Source: Candidatus Daviesbacteria bacterium RIFCSPLOWO2_01_FULL_39_23
GTDB taxonomy: Bacteria; Patescibacteriota; Microgenomatia; Daviesbacterales; UBA10151
Reading direction: 5' to 3'
Assembly: GCA_001776935.1 (NCBI GenBank)
Contig: MFDN01000008.1
Coordinates: forward strand, 8,998-72,997
Length of the DNA: 64,000 bases
Shown in pieces: positions 50,996-60,520 of this stretch. The notes under the pieces are model-generated. The model was not told the DNA's origin. It searched no databases and saw only the letters and a list, made by a program, of their open reading frames with translations. The position numbers and the translations under genes are program-made. Each line of letters opens with the position of its first letter. Position 1 is the first letter of the stretch.

Positions 50996-51604
50996 GTGAG
51001 AGATTTGAAGAACGTGATTTTAGGAGTATTTTCTAAGCGCGAAGACGCAGATGCTGCACTTTCCCGCCTCAGAGAAGAGGGGATTAAAAGCGAGCAAATA
51101 TCGCTTGCTGCACAGGATGAGGTATTAAAAGAATATCAGTCTAAAAAACCTGAGGGCGAAGGTCTTTTAACCGGAGGACTTGTAGAAGGCTTAACAGGAT
51201 ATTTGACTACTGCTACAGCAGTGGTGGTGCCGGGATTAGGTGCAATTTCAGTCGTAGGTTACCTACTCTCTTTGGTTGGTTTTGCAGTAGGTGCATTAGG
51301 TGCAGGCCTGATGGGGGCGCTGGTTAGCATTGGAGTCCCGCGAAATGTGGCTGGAATTTATGAGAAAGTTATAATTGGGGGCGGCTTGCTTCTTGCGGTG
51401 ACTGTTGATGAGACAACCGAAGATAAAGTCAGAGAAATCTTAAAAGCCCATAACGCTCAGGAAATTACACTTATTCCTTTTAATTTAGGAGATAAAAGAC
51501 AGCAGGAAGAGGCAGGGGCGGCGGCAGGCGAAGGAATGTTTGGTGCAGCTTTTCATGAAGTTACAAAGCCTTTAAAAGGAGTAGCAAAAGGGGGCAAGCG
51601 TTGA
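50996..51604 (+). CDS. YflT/DUF1269-like general stress protein with a glycine-zipper membrane segment
   Basis: The N-terminus LGVFSKREDADAALSRLREEGIKSEQISLAAQD is typical of YflT. Confidence 0.5.
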   Translation: MRDLKNVILGVFSKREDADAALSRLREEGIKSEQISLAAQDEVLKEYQSKKPEGEGLLTGGLVEGLTGYLTTATAVVVPGLGAISVVGYLLSLVGFAVGALGAGLMGALVSIGVPRNVAGIYEKVIIGGGLLLAVTVDETTEDKVREILKAHNAQEITLIPFNLGDKRQQEEAGAAAGEGMFGAAFHEVTKPLKGVAKGGKR

Positions 51605-51619
51605 TATTGTCTGTCTGGT

Positions 51620-51960
51620 ACATAGTCAGACTGAGAGACTGGGGCTAATCTGTGGGTTGGCAGGCTGTCGGTTTTCGCGTAGCCTGAGAAGTTTATTATC
51701 AAAGTCCAAAATTATGGGTTTACACCGGCGCGTGCCGGCAATGCTTGCGCACTGATACCGCAAATCTCTGGATAGCGTATCCGAGAAGCAGCGGCCAGTA
51801 GATGATATGCGGTTGTCGCATACTTTTATTACTTCTGAAATGGGAAGGGAAGTGGTATGAGTGCCTTCTGCGCTTTTTCCATCCATAAAACTAAAACTCC
51901 CACAACTTTATTCGAGATCTCCGGATTGTTTCTCATTGGTAGATTATACTTTCCCTGTCA
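51620..51960. ncRNA. GC-rich structured noncoding island (candidate ncRNA of unassigned class)
   Basis: About 340 nt with no credible ORF. GC content is far above the flanks, and the island holds many short perfect hairpins (ccggcgcgtgccgg, ggatagcgtatcc, atgcggttgtcgcat, caggct..agcctg). Confidence 0.3.
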
Positions 51961-52016
51961 AAAAAAGTTGCAAATTTAAAATAAATCGTGTATATATGTA
52001 AGCTTTCAGTAAGAAA

Positions 52017-52538
52017 ATGCTTACAAAAATGCCCGACCTTATTACTGACGATCCCATATCACACTCAAGTGAGCTTTTTTCCCTTGTCGTAAACCATGAG
52101 GAAATGAACACGAAAATTACCATGGAACTTTTTGCCTCAATAGTAAACACAAAACATATTCCGGCAACGTGTCAATTGCTCCAAAAGCACTTGCCGACTA
52201 TCATGCATTCCAAGTGTTTCAATAAGAAAAATTATCCTTTTGCAAAAGAAGTGAAAGAAACGGAAATAGGGCATCTTTTTGAACATATTTTACTGGAATA
52301 TTTGTGTCATTTAAAGCAAAGGCGGGGCATCTCAAAGCATGTGCATAATGGGTTAACAAGGTGGAACTGGAAAGAAGATGCGCGGGGAGTATTCCATATT
52401 CATGTGGATGCAGGGCATGAAGATAAAGAAATATTTCAGGTTGCTTTAAAGCACAGCATAGAACTTCTTACTGATATTCTTCAAACAGCAGGACCTTCGG
52501 CTTTTCCATATGGTTTGAAACAACCCCTAATTGATTAA
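52017..52538 (+). CDS. Hypothetical protein
   Basis: 173-aa ORF downstream of the GC-rich island, His-rich (HLFEH, HIHVD). Confidence 0.4.
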   Translation: MLTKMPDLITDDPISHSSELFSLVVNHEEMNTKITMELFASIVNTKHIPATCQLLQKHLPTIMHSKCFNKKNYPFAKEVKETEIGHLFEHILLEYLCHLKQRRGISKHVHNGLTRWNWKEDARGVFHIHVDAGHEDKEIFQVALKHSIELLTDILQTAGPSAFPYGLKQPLID

Positions 52539-52616
52539 AGGTTTTCATTCCGTTTTTCTTCCGTGGCTTTTTCAAGCCACGGAAGATTGTTTTGTTATGC
52601 AATGCGGACGGTAAAA

Positions 52617-52805
52617 TTAGTCGCCGCCCATTTTCTTGTCTTCTTCCTCGCCGCCCATAGACGGAAATTCTTTCCTTCCTCCAACGCCTCCCTGTTCTTC
52701 TTCCTGAGAGGGCATTTCTCCGGTTGTCTGACCTCCTTTTCCGCCTATTTCTTCCTGCCCTTTCTCTTCTTCAGCTTGATCACGGTCTTTTGTTTGATCT
52801 GTCAT
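52617..52805 (-). CDS. Small acidic Gly-rich stress-type protein (KGG-repeat-like)
   Basis: AAGGAGGTGA sits 8 nt upstream of the ATG. The GGKGGQTTGE / GGVGGRKE motifs resemble KGG stress repeats. The overlapping plus-strand ORF 52563-52856 looks spurious. Confidence 0.45.
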   Translation of the reverse strand: MTDQTKDRDQAEEEKGQEEIGGKGGQTTGEMPSQEEEQGGVGGRKEFPSMGGEEEDKKMGGD

Positions 52806-53197
52806 TTAATTTCACCTCCTTTCCTTCTGGACACTCATTTAAACACTTTAGAATAAGAAGAAAATCAGAAGAGGGTAAGAAATGTAAAGGAATGCAAATG
52901 GTAATTGACAGGGAAAAAGATTTGGGTAAGAATTAATACTATGACAGAAGGAATTGAAGGAATCGGAGGAATAAGAACAGACAGAGTAAACCCGGTGGAA
53001 AAAGTAAGAGAGATTATGGACAGAAGGCGCCGGGAACAGCAAAGACAGCAAAAGAATAAGCCTCCACAACCGCCGAAGAAATAATTTTAAAGAGCGAGCC
53101 CCAGACAACCTTCTTCTTAACAGTTTCTTGCCTATCTTTAACGCTATTTAAAAGGAATAGTTTTACAATACTATTGTATCTTTGGGAGGTGAGATAG

Positions 53198-53626
53198 ATG
53201 GTAAATAAAAAACAAAAAGAGGCTGTTAGAAAAAAACCCGGGGAGAGGAGTGAAGGCGAGTGGTACCGGATTGTGGTGCGCCCTAAAAAGCAATTTAAAA
53301 CTTTCAGGTACCACGACATAGGAGAAAAAGGCGGCGATGTTATGCGCCTTGCAGGCAGGAGATCTTCAGGTTCCTGGGATACCCAAGTATGGCTGATTAA
53401 TAAAAAATCAGCCCACATCCAGGACGAAGAATTGATTCCCGATACCGAGGATGCCAAAAAAGTGATTGAGGTATTAGGCTCTGTTCCGACACACGTTAAA
53501 GGGGATATTTTTGAAGCAAAAGACAGGCCTGATGTACCCGAGCGGCAAAAGCCAACCCAGTCTCAGCAAAGCGCCTATATGCACAATATCAGGCTGGCTC
53601 AAAAAACAAGAAAAAAGGCAGCCTGA
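53198..53626 (+). CDS. Hypothetical basic protein
   Basis: 142 aa with a GGAGGTGA RBS. Confidence 0.45.
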   Translation: MVNKKQKEAVRKKPGERSEGEWYRIVVRPKKQFKTFRYHDIGEKGGDVMRLAGRRSSGSWDTQVWLINKKSAHIQDEELIPDTEDAKKVIEVLGSVPTHVKGDIFEAKDRPDVPERQKPTQSQQSAYMHNIRLAQKTRKKAA

Positions 53627-53636
53627 GGGATGGCTT

Positions 53637-54920
53637 TTAGTCTTTGGTATAGGTAAATACCGGTTGCAGCTTTTGAGTATATTCCCTTAGTTGTTCCTGT
53701 TTTCTGACTGCATACAGGTAAACACCAATTGCATAAAGTGAAACTATGAAAAGACAGATACGGATAGCTGTTTGGGGACCAAAAGCAGAGGAAGCTGAAC
53801 CGATAAATATATTGCCAAGCGGGCCAAGACCTGCAAACATTAAAAAGTATAAGCTGGTTACCCGGCTTCTAAATTCTTCTTTTACCAGCCTTTGGACTGT
53901 TGCATGCATGGTGGCAAATTGCAGGTTCATTCCAAGTCCTGAGAAAAATAACATTCCAGCGGCAAGATAAATACTGCTGCTTAAAGTAAAGATAAAGCTT
54001 GAGAGAAGGAAAATAATATTCCCGATTACCATCAAGTGAATTGCATGGTATTTTTTGGATTTTGAAGAAACTATCAGTGATCCGCTTAAAGCGCCCAAGC
54101 CGGTTACAGAGAGTAAATATCCTAAGCCGGAAGATCCGCTATGAAAAACATTCTTTGCAAATACAGGCATGATGGTGGCTTGTGAGAAGCAAAATATTGA
54201 ACCGACTCCTGCGGATAAAAGCAGAATGAAAATTAGGGGATGGTTGAATGAATATGTAATCCCTTCTTTTATTGCCAAGATTGGATTTTCTTTGCTTTTG
54301 ATAATATTTGTCTCCAGTTTTATAAAGTATAAAGATGCTAAAATCGCCAAAAAGCTTAAGGCGTTTATTAAAAATATATTGCCAACACCAATTAAGGCAA
54401 TCAGAAACCCGGCTATAGCAGAACCTATCACGACTCCTGTATTGATTATGCTTGAGTTTAGGCCGACGGCTGAAGGAATATCTTCTTTATCTACAATATC
54501 TACCATAAAGGCCTGAGTGGCCGGATTATCCAAGGCATTTATTGTGCCGGCAAGAAGAGCGAGTAAAAGCAGAATAGGTAAATTAATAGCGTGAGCAAGA
54601 GTTAGCAAACCTAAAATAAAGGCAAGCAAAAGCGATGAGCCTTGAGTGAAGTAAAGTACCTTTTTCCTGCTGAATTTTTCTGCAAGTAAACCTCCAAAAG
54701 GAGCCAAAAATAAAATCGGTAAAGTGGAAAGGGCTGAGACTATCCCAAGCCAAAAAGGAGAGCCTGTTAAATTAAAAACCAGCCAGCCCCAAGCTACACC
54801 CTGAAGCCAGGTGCCGGTAAAGGAAATCAATTGTCCTGTAAAATAAAGCCTGAAGTTTTTATGTTTTAAGGCCGGAAATTGTTGGTATATTTTGTCTAAT
54901 AGGGCTTGTTGGGCAGTCAT
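53637..54920 (-). CDS. MFS transporter
   Basis: 427 aa, 12 predicted TM helices with typical MFS loop motifs. Confidence 0.8.
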   Translation of the reverse strand: MTAQQALLDKIYQQFPALKHKNFRLYFTGQLISFTGTWLQGVAWGWLVFNLTGSPFWLGIVSALSTLPILFLAPFGGLLAEKFSRKKVLYFTQGSSLLLAFILGLLTLAHAINLPILLLLALLAGTINALDNPATQAFMVDIVDKEDIPSAVGLNSSIINTGVVIGSAIAGFLIALIGVGNIFLINALSFLAILASLYFIKLETNIIKSKENPILAIKEGITYSFNHPLIFILLLSAGVGSIFCFSQATIMPVFAKNVFHSGSSGLGYLLSVTGLGALSGSLIVSSKSKKYHAIHLMVIGNIIFLLSSFIFTLSSSIYLAAGMLFFSGLGMNLQFATMHATVQRLVKEEFRSRVTSLYFLMFAGLGPLGNIFIGSASSAFGPQTAIRICLFIVSLYAIGVYLYAVRKQEQLREYTQKLQPVFTYTKD

Positions 54921-55095
54921 AAAGCTTTTGCAAGAGCGCGCAATTTACCATAAGGCTTTTTAAATGTAAAGATAGGTTTTTTAATTTGATAATTTTATGA
55001 TCAGGATTAGGTAAAAAGATGGTAATAAGTAGCGCTGTCTTGCTTTCAAACTATATTTCTTGATATTCTGAGAAAACTGTGAGAAAGTTTAATTA

Positions 55096-55752
55096 ATGCC
55101 CAAAAATAAAAACCAATCTGGAATAATTCATTTATGGCTTATTTTACTAATTATAGGAATCATCTTAGGTGGTGTAGTTTTAGTTAACAATTCTAAACCG
55201 GGCACTAAACCTTCTTTTAGCAACAAACCTATTGTTAGCCCGAGTTCTGCACCTACCGTAACCGCTGTGTCTGCAACATCAACCAGCACCCCTGTTCCTC
55301 AACAGGTAAAAAAAGGCGACCTTGAAGCTTTGGAGAAATATTGTAAGGAAGAAGCCTTAAAGCTGCCGCAGCCCTCCTTTACTTATAAATCCAAAGAAGG
55401 ACCTATCAGAAGTGGGCCAATGTCTTGGGTAGACCAGTTTATTCCGAAAGATAAAAAACAGTCTGAGAAAATAAGCTGTACTATGGCTTACAGGTTTGAT
55501 GGACAAGTAGCTTATGGGGAAATGGGAGCTAAATATCCTATGCAGGGGAAAGAATTTGACAGGACAGTTAGAGCCAGTTTAGCAAGTAAGCTGGATTCTG
55601 CTTGGGAAAAAGTTTCAGGACCAAGTATAAGCAATGATTCTTTTAATATGGTGTATAAAAGAGAAAATCCCCAAATGGGGACGGTGGATTTTATAGATGC
55701 ATTTGATGGAGGTTTAGTGATTTACGTTAAATTTAATACCTATTACAAATAG
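55096..55752 (+). CDS. Hypothetical anchored/secreted protein
   Basis: N-terminal TM helix followed by an S/T/P/V-rich linker. Confidence 0.45.
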   Translation: MPKNKNQSGIIHLWLILLIIGIILGGVVLVNNSKPGTKPSFSNKPIVSPSSAPTVTAVSATSTSTPVPQQVKKGDLEALEKYCKEEALKLPQPSFTYKSKEGPIRSGPMSWVDQFIPKDKKQSEKISCTMAYRFDGQVAYGEMGAKYPMQGKEFDRTVRASLASKLDSAWEKVSGPSISNDSFNMVYKRENPQMGTVDFIDAFDGGLVIYVKFNTYYK

Positions 55753-56994
55753 TTAGAATTTTGGGGTATTGGAGTCTTTGTAATAATAATCACAAAGGTC
55801 GTAGTTTTTTAATTCCTGGTCTTCCTTCACTACTGCCATCACCGGAATCCGCTGTTTGGTGTCGGCGCATGTTTCCTCATTGCCGGTAGGACAGACAGTG
55901 GTTGAAAACCCGAATATTTTGTCGTCTACGTTATACCTTATATAGTAATCTCCGGGTTCTAATTGAAATGAATAGGCGGGTTTGGCCCCGGTAATACTTC
56001 CAGGGTAATTTTCGGATATAATGTAATCATCCATCAACCTTTTTACCTCAAGCTTGCCTTTTGGTATAACTTCTGAAGGATAACAAATTTTACCTGAAAC
56101 TATACCAGTGGGTACTTGAGACGCGGATGATTCCTTGTTAGTCTTAGGTGATTGTTGCTGCTGCTCAATTGAAAATTCAGACCCAACCTCAGCGCTTTTA
56201 ATGCTCACCCTATACCAATTAAAAGTAGCAGTATGTCCATTTTTTACCTCATAAACATGGACGTTATATTCTCCCTCTAACTCATTATCCACCTCAACTT
56301 TTCCGTTAGAGACATTTTTTAAATATTCCTGCACCTCGGGTAACTTTTTAACATTTTCTACTGCCAGTTGGGGAGAAATTCTTGTTGATGCAACTTGTTC
56401 CAGCTGTTCTCCTGCTTTTTCAATAAGTAGCGGACTAACCCTTGGAAAGAGTAAAACTCCGCCTACGAGAATGATTCCTATTACTATTGATAAATGGATT
56501 AAAGAAAAACCTTTTTGGCCGGCATATTTTTTCAGCAGGTTCTTATCCTTATTAATAAACGCTAACCCCAAAACATTTCCTATCAGCACTAAAAAAACTG
56601 TACCTATGGATGCCAAACTTACTGCCTGGAATCCCAGGAAGCTGCTTAGCCTGATCATGATAATAATAAACAGGACAGTATTTATAAAATTTATACTAAC
56701 AACAATTGAGTTAAGTGATTTACCAACTAGTAAGAAGATTGCCTGAAGCAGGGTGATTAGGAAAAACAGACCCAATAGGGAGTCGGGGTAAGTCAATGCC
56801 AGTTCAAAACCGTTTCTGCCGGAAGTGAAATTTTCCCAATTCAAAAATCCCAAAAGAATTTGGGCAGAGAGGATCATAAACAAAATGATTTTCAGTTGCT
56901 GTTTGGTTTCTTTCTTTTGAGTTGAAGCAAGTTTTAAAACAGAAGGGGAAATTATCAAAACAGCAGCCAAAATTATCAAATAAGTAAAATTCAT
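55753..56994 (-). CDS. Hypothetical polytopic membrane protein with a C-terminal extracytoplasmic domain
   Basis: 413 aa with an N-terminal multi-TM region. Confidence 0.5.
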   Translation of the reverse strand: MNFTYLIILAAVLIISPSVLKLASTQKKETKQQLKIILFMILSAQILLGFLNWENFTSGRNGFELALTYPDSLLGLFFLITLLQAIFLLVGKSLNSIVVSINFINTVLFIIIMIRLSSFLGFQAVSLASIGTVFLVLIGNVLGLAFINKDKNLLKKYAGQKGFSLIHLSIVIGIILVGGVLLFPRVSPLLIEKAGEQLEQVASTRISPQLAVENVKKLPEVQEYLKNVSNGKVEVDNELEGEYNVHVYEVKNGHTATFNWYRVSIKSAEVGSEFSIEQQQQSPKTNKESSASQVPTGIVSGKICYPSEVIPKGKLEVKRLMDDYIISENYPGSITGAKPAYSFQLEPGDYYIRYNVDDKIFGFSTTVCPTGNEETCADTKQRIPVMAVVKEDQELKNYDLCDYYYKDSNTPKF

Positions 56995-57251
56995 TTCTTC
57001 TTACCCATTACCGCATCAGCTATAAATCCGCCAACAGTTTTTCCCCAGAACTTTTTGGCTCCAAAAAAGTAAACTAAAATAATTACAATCCAAATAATAA
57101 ATCCGGTTATGTCCATGTTGACTTTAAATGAGGCAGAATTACCTGTGGCAGCTATACCTTCACCGCGGCCAGTCAGTTTTGTTATCAAAATTGCTGTTCC
57201 TACGATACCAATTAAGAAATTTAAAAACCAAACACCTATTGTTTTAAACAT
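56991..57251 (-). CDS. Small two-TM membrane protein
   Basis: 86 aa, overlaps the downstream gene by 4 nt. Confidence 0.4.
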   Translation of the reverse strand: MFKTIGVWFLNFLIGIVGTAILITKLTGRGEGIAATGNSASFKVNMDITGFIIWIVIILVYFFGAKKFWGKTVGGFIADAVMGKKK

Positions 57252-57269
57252 TCAAATCACCTCCTTAAA

Positions 57270-57947
57270 TTAATCCGTTGAAAAACTTTTTATAATTGCT
57301 GTAGTTATTGGTCGGTTGATCTCTTTTGAATCAGGGTGATAGGCGGCGTGCACGCGCAAACTCCTGCCGGTTTTTCCAACCATCATCTTTTCTTCAAAAA
57401 GAACTGTTTTTTCGCCATAAGTTTCTTCGCCCGCGGCATTATATCCTCCGACGCCGTCTTTGGGCTCAACTTTGGAGAAATTGGTAATTTTTAAGTTGGT
57501 ATTTTGTTTAAACTTGTCCTCCAAGGAATCCAAAACTTGTTCAAGTTCACCCTCTTTTTCTAAACTGGAACCGGCAAATGCTTCAATTAAGACAAATGCG
57601 CTTTTTGCATCATCAGAAACCCTGATTAGCTGTCTGTCTTCCGCAGGTAGATTTTCTACAGTCCATCCTTCAGGGTGCTTAATTGAGTAGCCGCGCTCTT
57701 CGTCCTTGTAGGTTTTCCATACTAAAGGAGCAGCTTGGTTAGCAGAAGAAGTGGAGGTGTCGGTAGTTGTTTGCGGAGCAGGCCGGGTATTTTCGGTTTT
57801 TGAAGCTTTTTTAGAATTACTGGTTATTAAAATTATTCCACCGATGATAATAATACCGATAATAATTGGTATTAAAAAAGGAACAGCGCCTTTCTGGTTG
57901 TTTACACCGAACAAATGTGAGGTGGGCATTAAATTAACTGTACTCAT
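57270..57947 (-). CDS. Hypothetical anchored protein with an S/T-rich linker
   Basis: 225 aa with an N-terminal TM helix. Confidence 0.45.
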   Translation of the reverse strand: MSTVNLMPTSHLFGVNNQKGAVPFLIPIIIGIIIIGGIILITSNSKKASKTENTRPAPQTTTDTSTSSANQAAPLVWKTYKDEERGYSIKHPEGWTVENLPAEDRQLIRVSDDAKSAFVLIEAFAGSSLEKEGELEQVLDSLEDKFKQNTNLKITNFSKVEPKDGVGGYNAAGEETYGEKTVLFEEKMMVGKTGRSLRVHAAYHPDSKEINRPITTAIIKSFSTD

Positions 57948-57990
57948 AAATTATTTGACAAGTCAAGTGTTTTACTCTAGTGTGGAAATA

Positions 57991-58779
57991 ATGCCTAATT
58001 TTTTAAACCAAAAGGGGATTGCGCCTGTTATTTTAGTCGTTATTCTTTCTGTGGTATTCGTAGGGGCTTTTGGGGTTGTTTATCAATCAAGAAAAGAAAT
58101 TAAAATAAGAAGCGATAAGACATCAGAGGTAACCCAGCTTAAAGATTCTTCTACACCTGTTTCTGAAAGCAAAGATAATGAACCTAAGACAGAGCAAAAT
58201 TTTAAACTCTCCAGTAAACCTTTTGAACAAAATAATACCAGCTTGCCTAATTTTTCATTTTTTCCTCCTGATGGGTGGAGTAAGGAGAGCGGGGGAAATT
58301 ACATAGCTCCATTTAAGGATAAAATTTCAGAAGGTGTAGCATATTTGTCCTATGCCCCCTCTTTAAATATTTCAGCAGTTTCAAAAGATCTTAGTGGTCT
58401 AGACGAGGCTTTAGCGCTTGTAAAAACTGAAGTCAAAAAAGCTTCTATAGAGATTACTTCTTCTAAAAAAGTTACACTTAATGGAACTGAAGGGTATTTT
58501 GTGGAAGGGTTAATTAAATATGGGGAGCTTAGCAGGAGTGCTCTGGAAGCAGAAATTGATAAAGAGATTAAAAATGCGCAGAAGAAAGTGATCGTTTCGG
58601 AGGATCAGATTAAAAAAGATATAGATACTATTGTTAAAAATTCAGACGTTAAACTTATTGGGTATGTGTTTTACCAGGATGGCTATGTGATTACTTTTGC
58701 AGGCAGAGCTTTAGATAATTTTTGGGATTCCCGTGGTCCTCAAATGAAAAAATCACTGGACACTTTTAAATTTGAATAA
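57991..58779 (+). CDS. Hypothetical anchored protein
   Basis: An internal ATG at 57991 (MPNFLNQKG...) is preferred. The longer ORF from 57751 would overlap the minus-strand gene. Confidence 0.45.
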   Translation: MPNFLNQKGIAPVILVVILSVVFVGAFGVVYQSRKEIKIRSDKTSEVTQLKDSSTPVSESKDNEPKTEQNFKLSSKPFEQNNTSLPNFSFFPPDGWSKESGGNYIAPFKDKISEGVAYLSYAPSLNISAVSKDLSGLDEALALVKTEVKKASIEITSSKKVTLNGTEGYFVEGLIKYGELSRSALEAEIDKEIKNAQKKVIVSEDQIKKDIDTIVKNSDVKLIGYVFYQDGYVITFAGRALDNFWDSRGPQMKKSLDTFKFE

Positions 58780-58812
58780 CCTGCTTTGAAAATTTTCTGA
58801 AATAGTAAACAT

Positions 58813-59295
58813 ATGCCCATAAGAATTCCGCAGCTGATCTTATCTATAAGTCTTTGTTTAGGAGCAGGAATTTTAGGTTCATTTTTTACCATCTCATCAA
58901 TCCCTACCTGGTATGCAGCTTTAAACAAGCCTGTCTTTTCTCCGCCAAACTTTGTATTTGGACCTGTTTGGACGACGCTTTATATAGTAATGGGAGTAGC
59001 ACTGTATTTGGTGATAAGTGATAAGAGACAAGTGATACGAAAGACAAGAGAAAAAGCAATTCAAATATTTGGGATTCAGCTTGCTTTAAATGCTTTGTGG
59101 TCAATTGTTTTTTTTGGGATGAAAAATCCTGCTTTGGCTTTTGTAAATATAATAGCTTTATGGATAGCTATTTTTTTAACAACAAAAGCTTTTTATAAGA
59201 TTAATAAGTTTGCAGGCTATTTATTAATCCCTTACCTTCTTTGGGTCAGCTTTGCAACAATTTTAAATTTATCCATTGTGCTATTGAATCCATAA
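58813..59295 (+). CDS. tspO: TspO/MBR family tryptophan-rich sensory protein
   Basis: Five TM helices with Trp-rich motifs (WYAALNKP, GPVWTTLY, WSIVFF). Confidence 0.8.
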   Translation: MPIRIPQLILSISLCLGAGILGSFFTISSIPTWYAALNKPVFSPPNFVFGPVWTTLYIVMGVALYLVISDKRQVIRKTREKAIQIFGIQLALNALWSIVFFGMKNPALAFVNIIALWIAIFLTTKAFYKINKFAGYLLIPYLLWVSFATILNLSIVLLNP

Positions 59296-59361
59296 CCCTT
59301 TTTAACTGTTACAGCTGGTAGATTTATCTTTTGATGGGGGAAAGTGCCTCAGTATGAGACA

Positions 59362-59733
59362 TTATTTTGGTTTTGACCAGCCAGCTATCAGGGGAAGGGT
59401 AAAAGTTAGGGCATAATAAAGGTAAACATCCAATTTGTAATACCCATCAGCAGGGTTAAAAGCTTTCACCAGAAAAAAATAATCAAAAACAATTGCAATA
59501 AGAGTCCAGGAGACTGAGATTAATAAATAATGTTTAAAAGAACCGGATATTTTTTTAAATAAAACATACAGGGTAATTAAAGTGCCTATGGGAGTAATTA
59601 TCCAGCCAATTGCAGAGGCTGGGACTATAGTAAAAAGGAGTATTCCCAAGCCATAACCAAAAAGCCAAAGTAAAAATCCCCAGCCCAAAGTATCCATAAG
59701 AACTTTTCTGTTCATAGTTTGATTATATAACAA
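59362..59733 (-). CDS. Small polytopic membrane protein
   Basis: 123 aa with four hydrophobic helices. Confidence 0.4.
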   Translation of the reverse strand: MLYNQTMNRKVLMDTLGWGFLLWLFGYGLGILLFTIVPASAIGWIITPIGTLITLYVLFKKISGSFKHYLLISVSWTLIAIVFDYFFLVKAFNPADGYYKLDVYLYYALTFTLPLIAGWSKPK

Positions 59734-59834
59734 GCTAATTCACGTCTTGACTACAATACAGATATTCTTCTCCTTCTGCCGTGATGGATTTTAGCTTTTT
59801 GTAAGTTTCTATAACTTATTTTAAGGAAGTCGTG

Positions 59835-60475
59835 CTAACTTTTGCGGATTAATAAATGAGGGAGTTTATTGGCACCTTTTCTTATTTGGCAGGTAATTCC
59901 TCTTCTTCTAGAAAAATATTCAAATAAGTGTCTTTGATTAGCAACAACTACAGGGTTAATAGGTTCCCCATCCGCAGCTCCATCTCCATCATAGGGGAAA
60001 AATTGCACATTACCTCCTCCTCGTTTAGTAACACGAAGGCACTCTTCTGCAACAGCTTTTAGAAGTTCAAAATCCTCACATAAATAGGGAAATACTGATG
60101 AGGTAGAAAAAACTAGATCAAAGTAATTGATGTCAAAAGGAATTTCAGTAGCATATCCAGCTATATATCTGGTGGGATTTTGTTGTATAGAGTTAAGAAA
60201 ACTTTCTAAACACTTTTGTTTTAATGGAATATTGTCAGGATTAATACAGGTTGTGGCTAATAGGTTTGTGGGTCAACATATTTTGGATCTAATGCATAAG
60301 CATCAGCTCCTTGATTTAGAAGTGTAGCTGTAGCTTCAGAGTAACCAGCCCCTACGTCTAAAATTCTTTTATGAATTAAAGGTCGAGGAAGGGCTAAAGC
60401 ACGAGAGATGATGAGCAGATCTAACCCAGTCATAGCCGTATTTTGACCAATTCTTACTTCTTGCTCAGAAATCAT
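59835..60475 (-). pseudogene. Class I SAM-dependent methyltransferase disrupted by a 1-nt frameshift
   Basis: The N-terminal part (60257-60475) has ILDVGAGYS (motif I). The C-terminal part, in a different frame (59835-about 60250), has FDLVFS and RVTKRGG motifs. Confidence 0.5.
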
Positions 60476-60520
60476 AAAGGGTATTATAGCGTGTAATTAG
60501 TCTATTTCCAATCGTAAAGG

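Noticed and set aside
51640-51665. tmRNA call based on the 5' GGGGCUAAUCUGUGGGUUGG.
   Set aside because: No T-arm (GGUUCGA-like) and no complementary 3' acceptor strand (UAGCCCC) could be found on the same strand, and no RNase P P4 or SRP domain IV consensus either. It is kept only as an unclassified ncRNA candidate.
51626-51886. 86-aa minus-strand ORF inside the GC-rich island (also 51944-52150).
   Set aside because: The composition is Ser/Arg/Cys-rich and there is no RBS. It sits in a region that looks like structured RNA, so it is most likely a spurious frame.
52563-52856. 97-aa plus-strand ORF.
   Set aside because: It has a hydrophobic, junk-like composition. The opposite strand carries a short ORF with a perfect SD, and that one is preferred.
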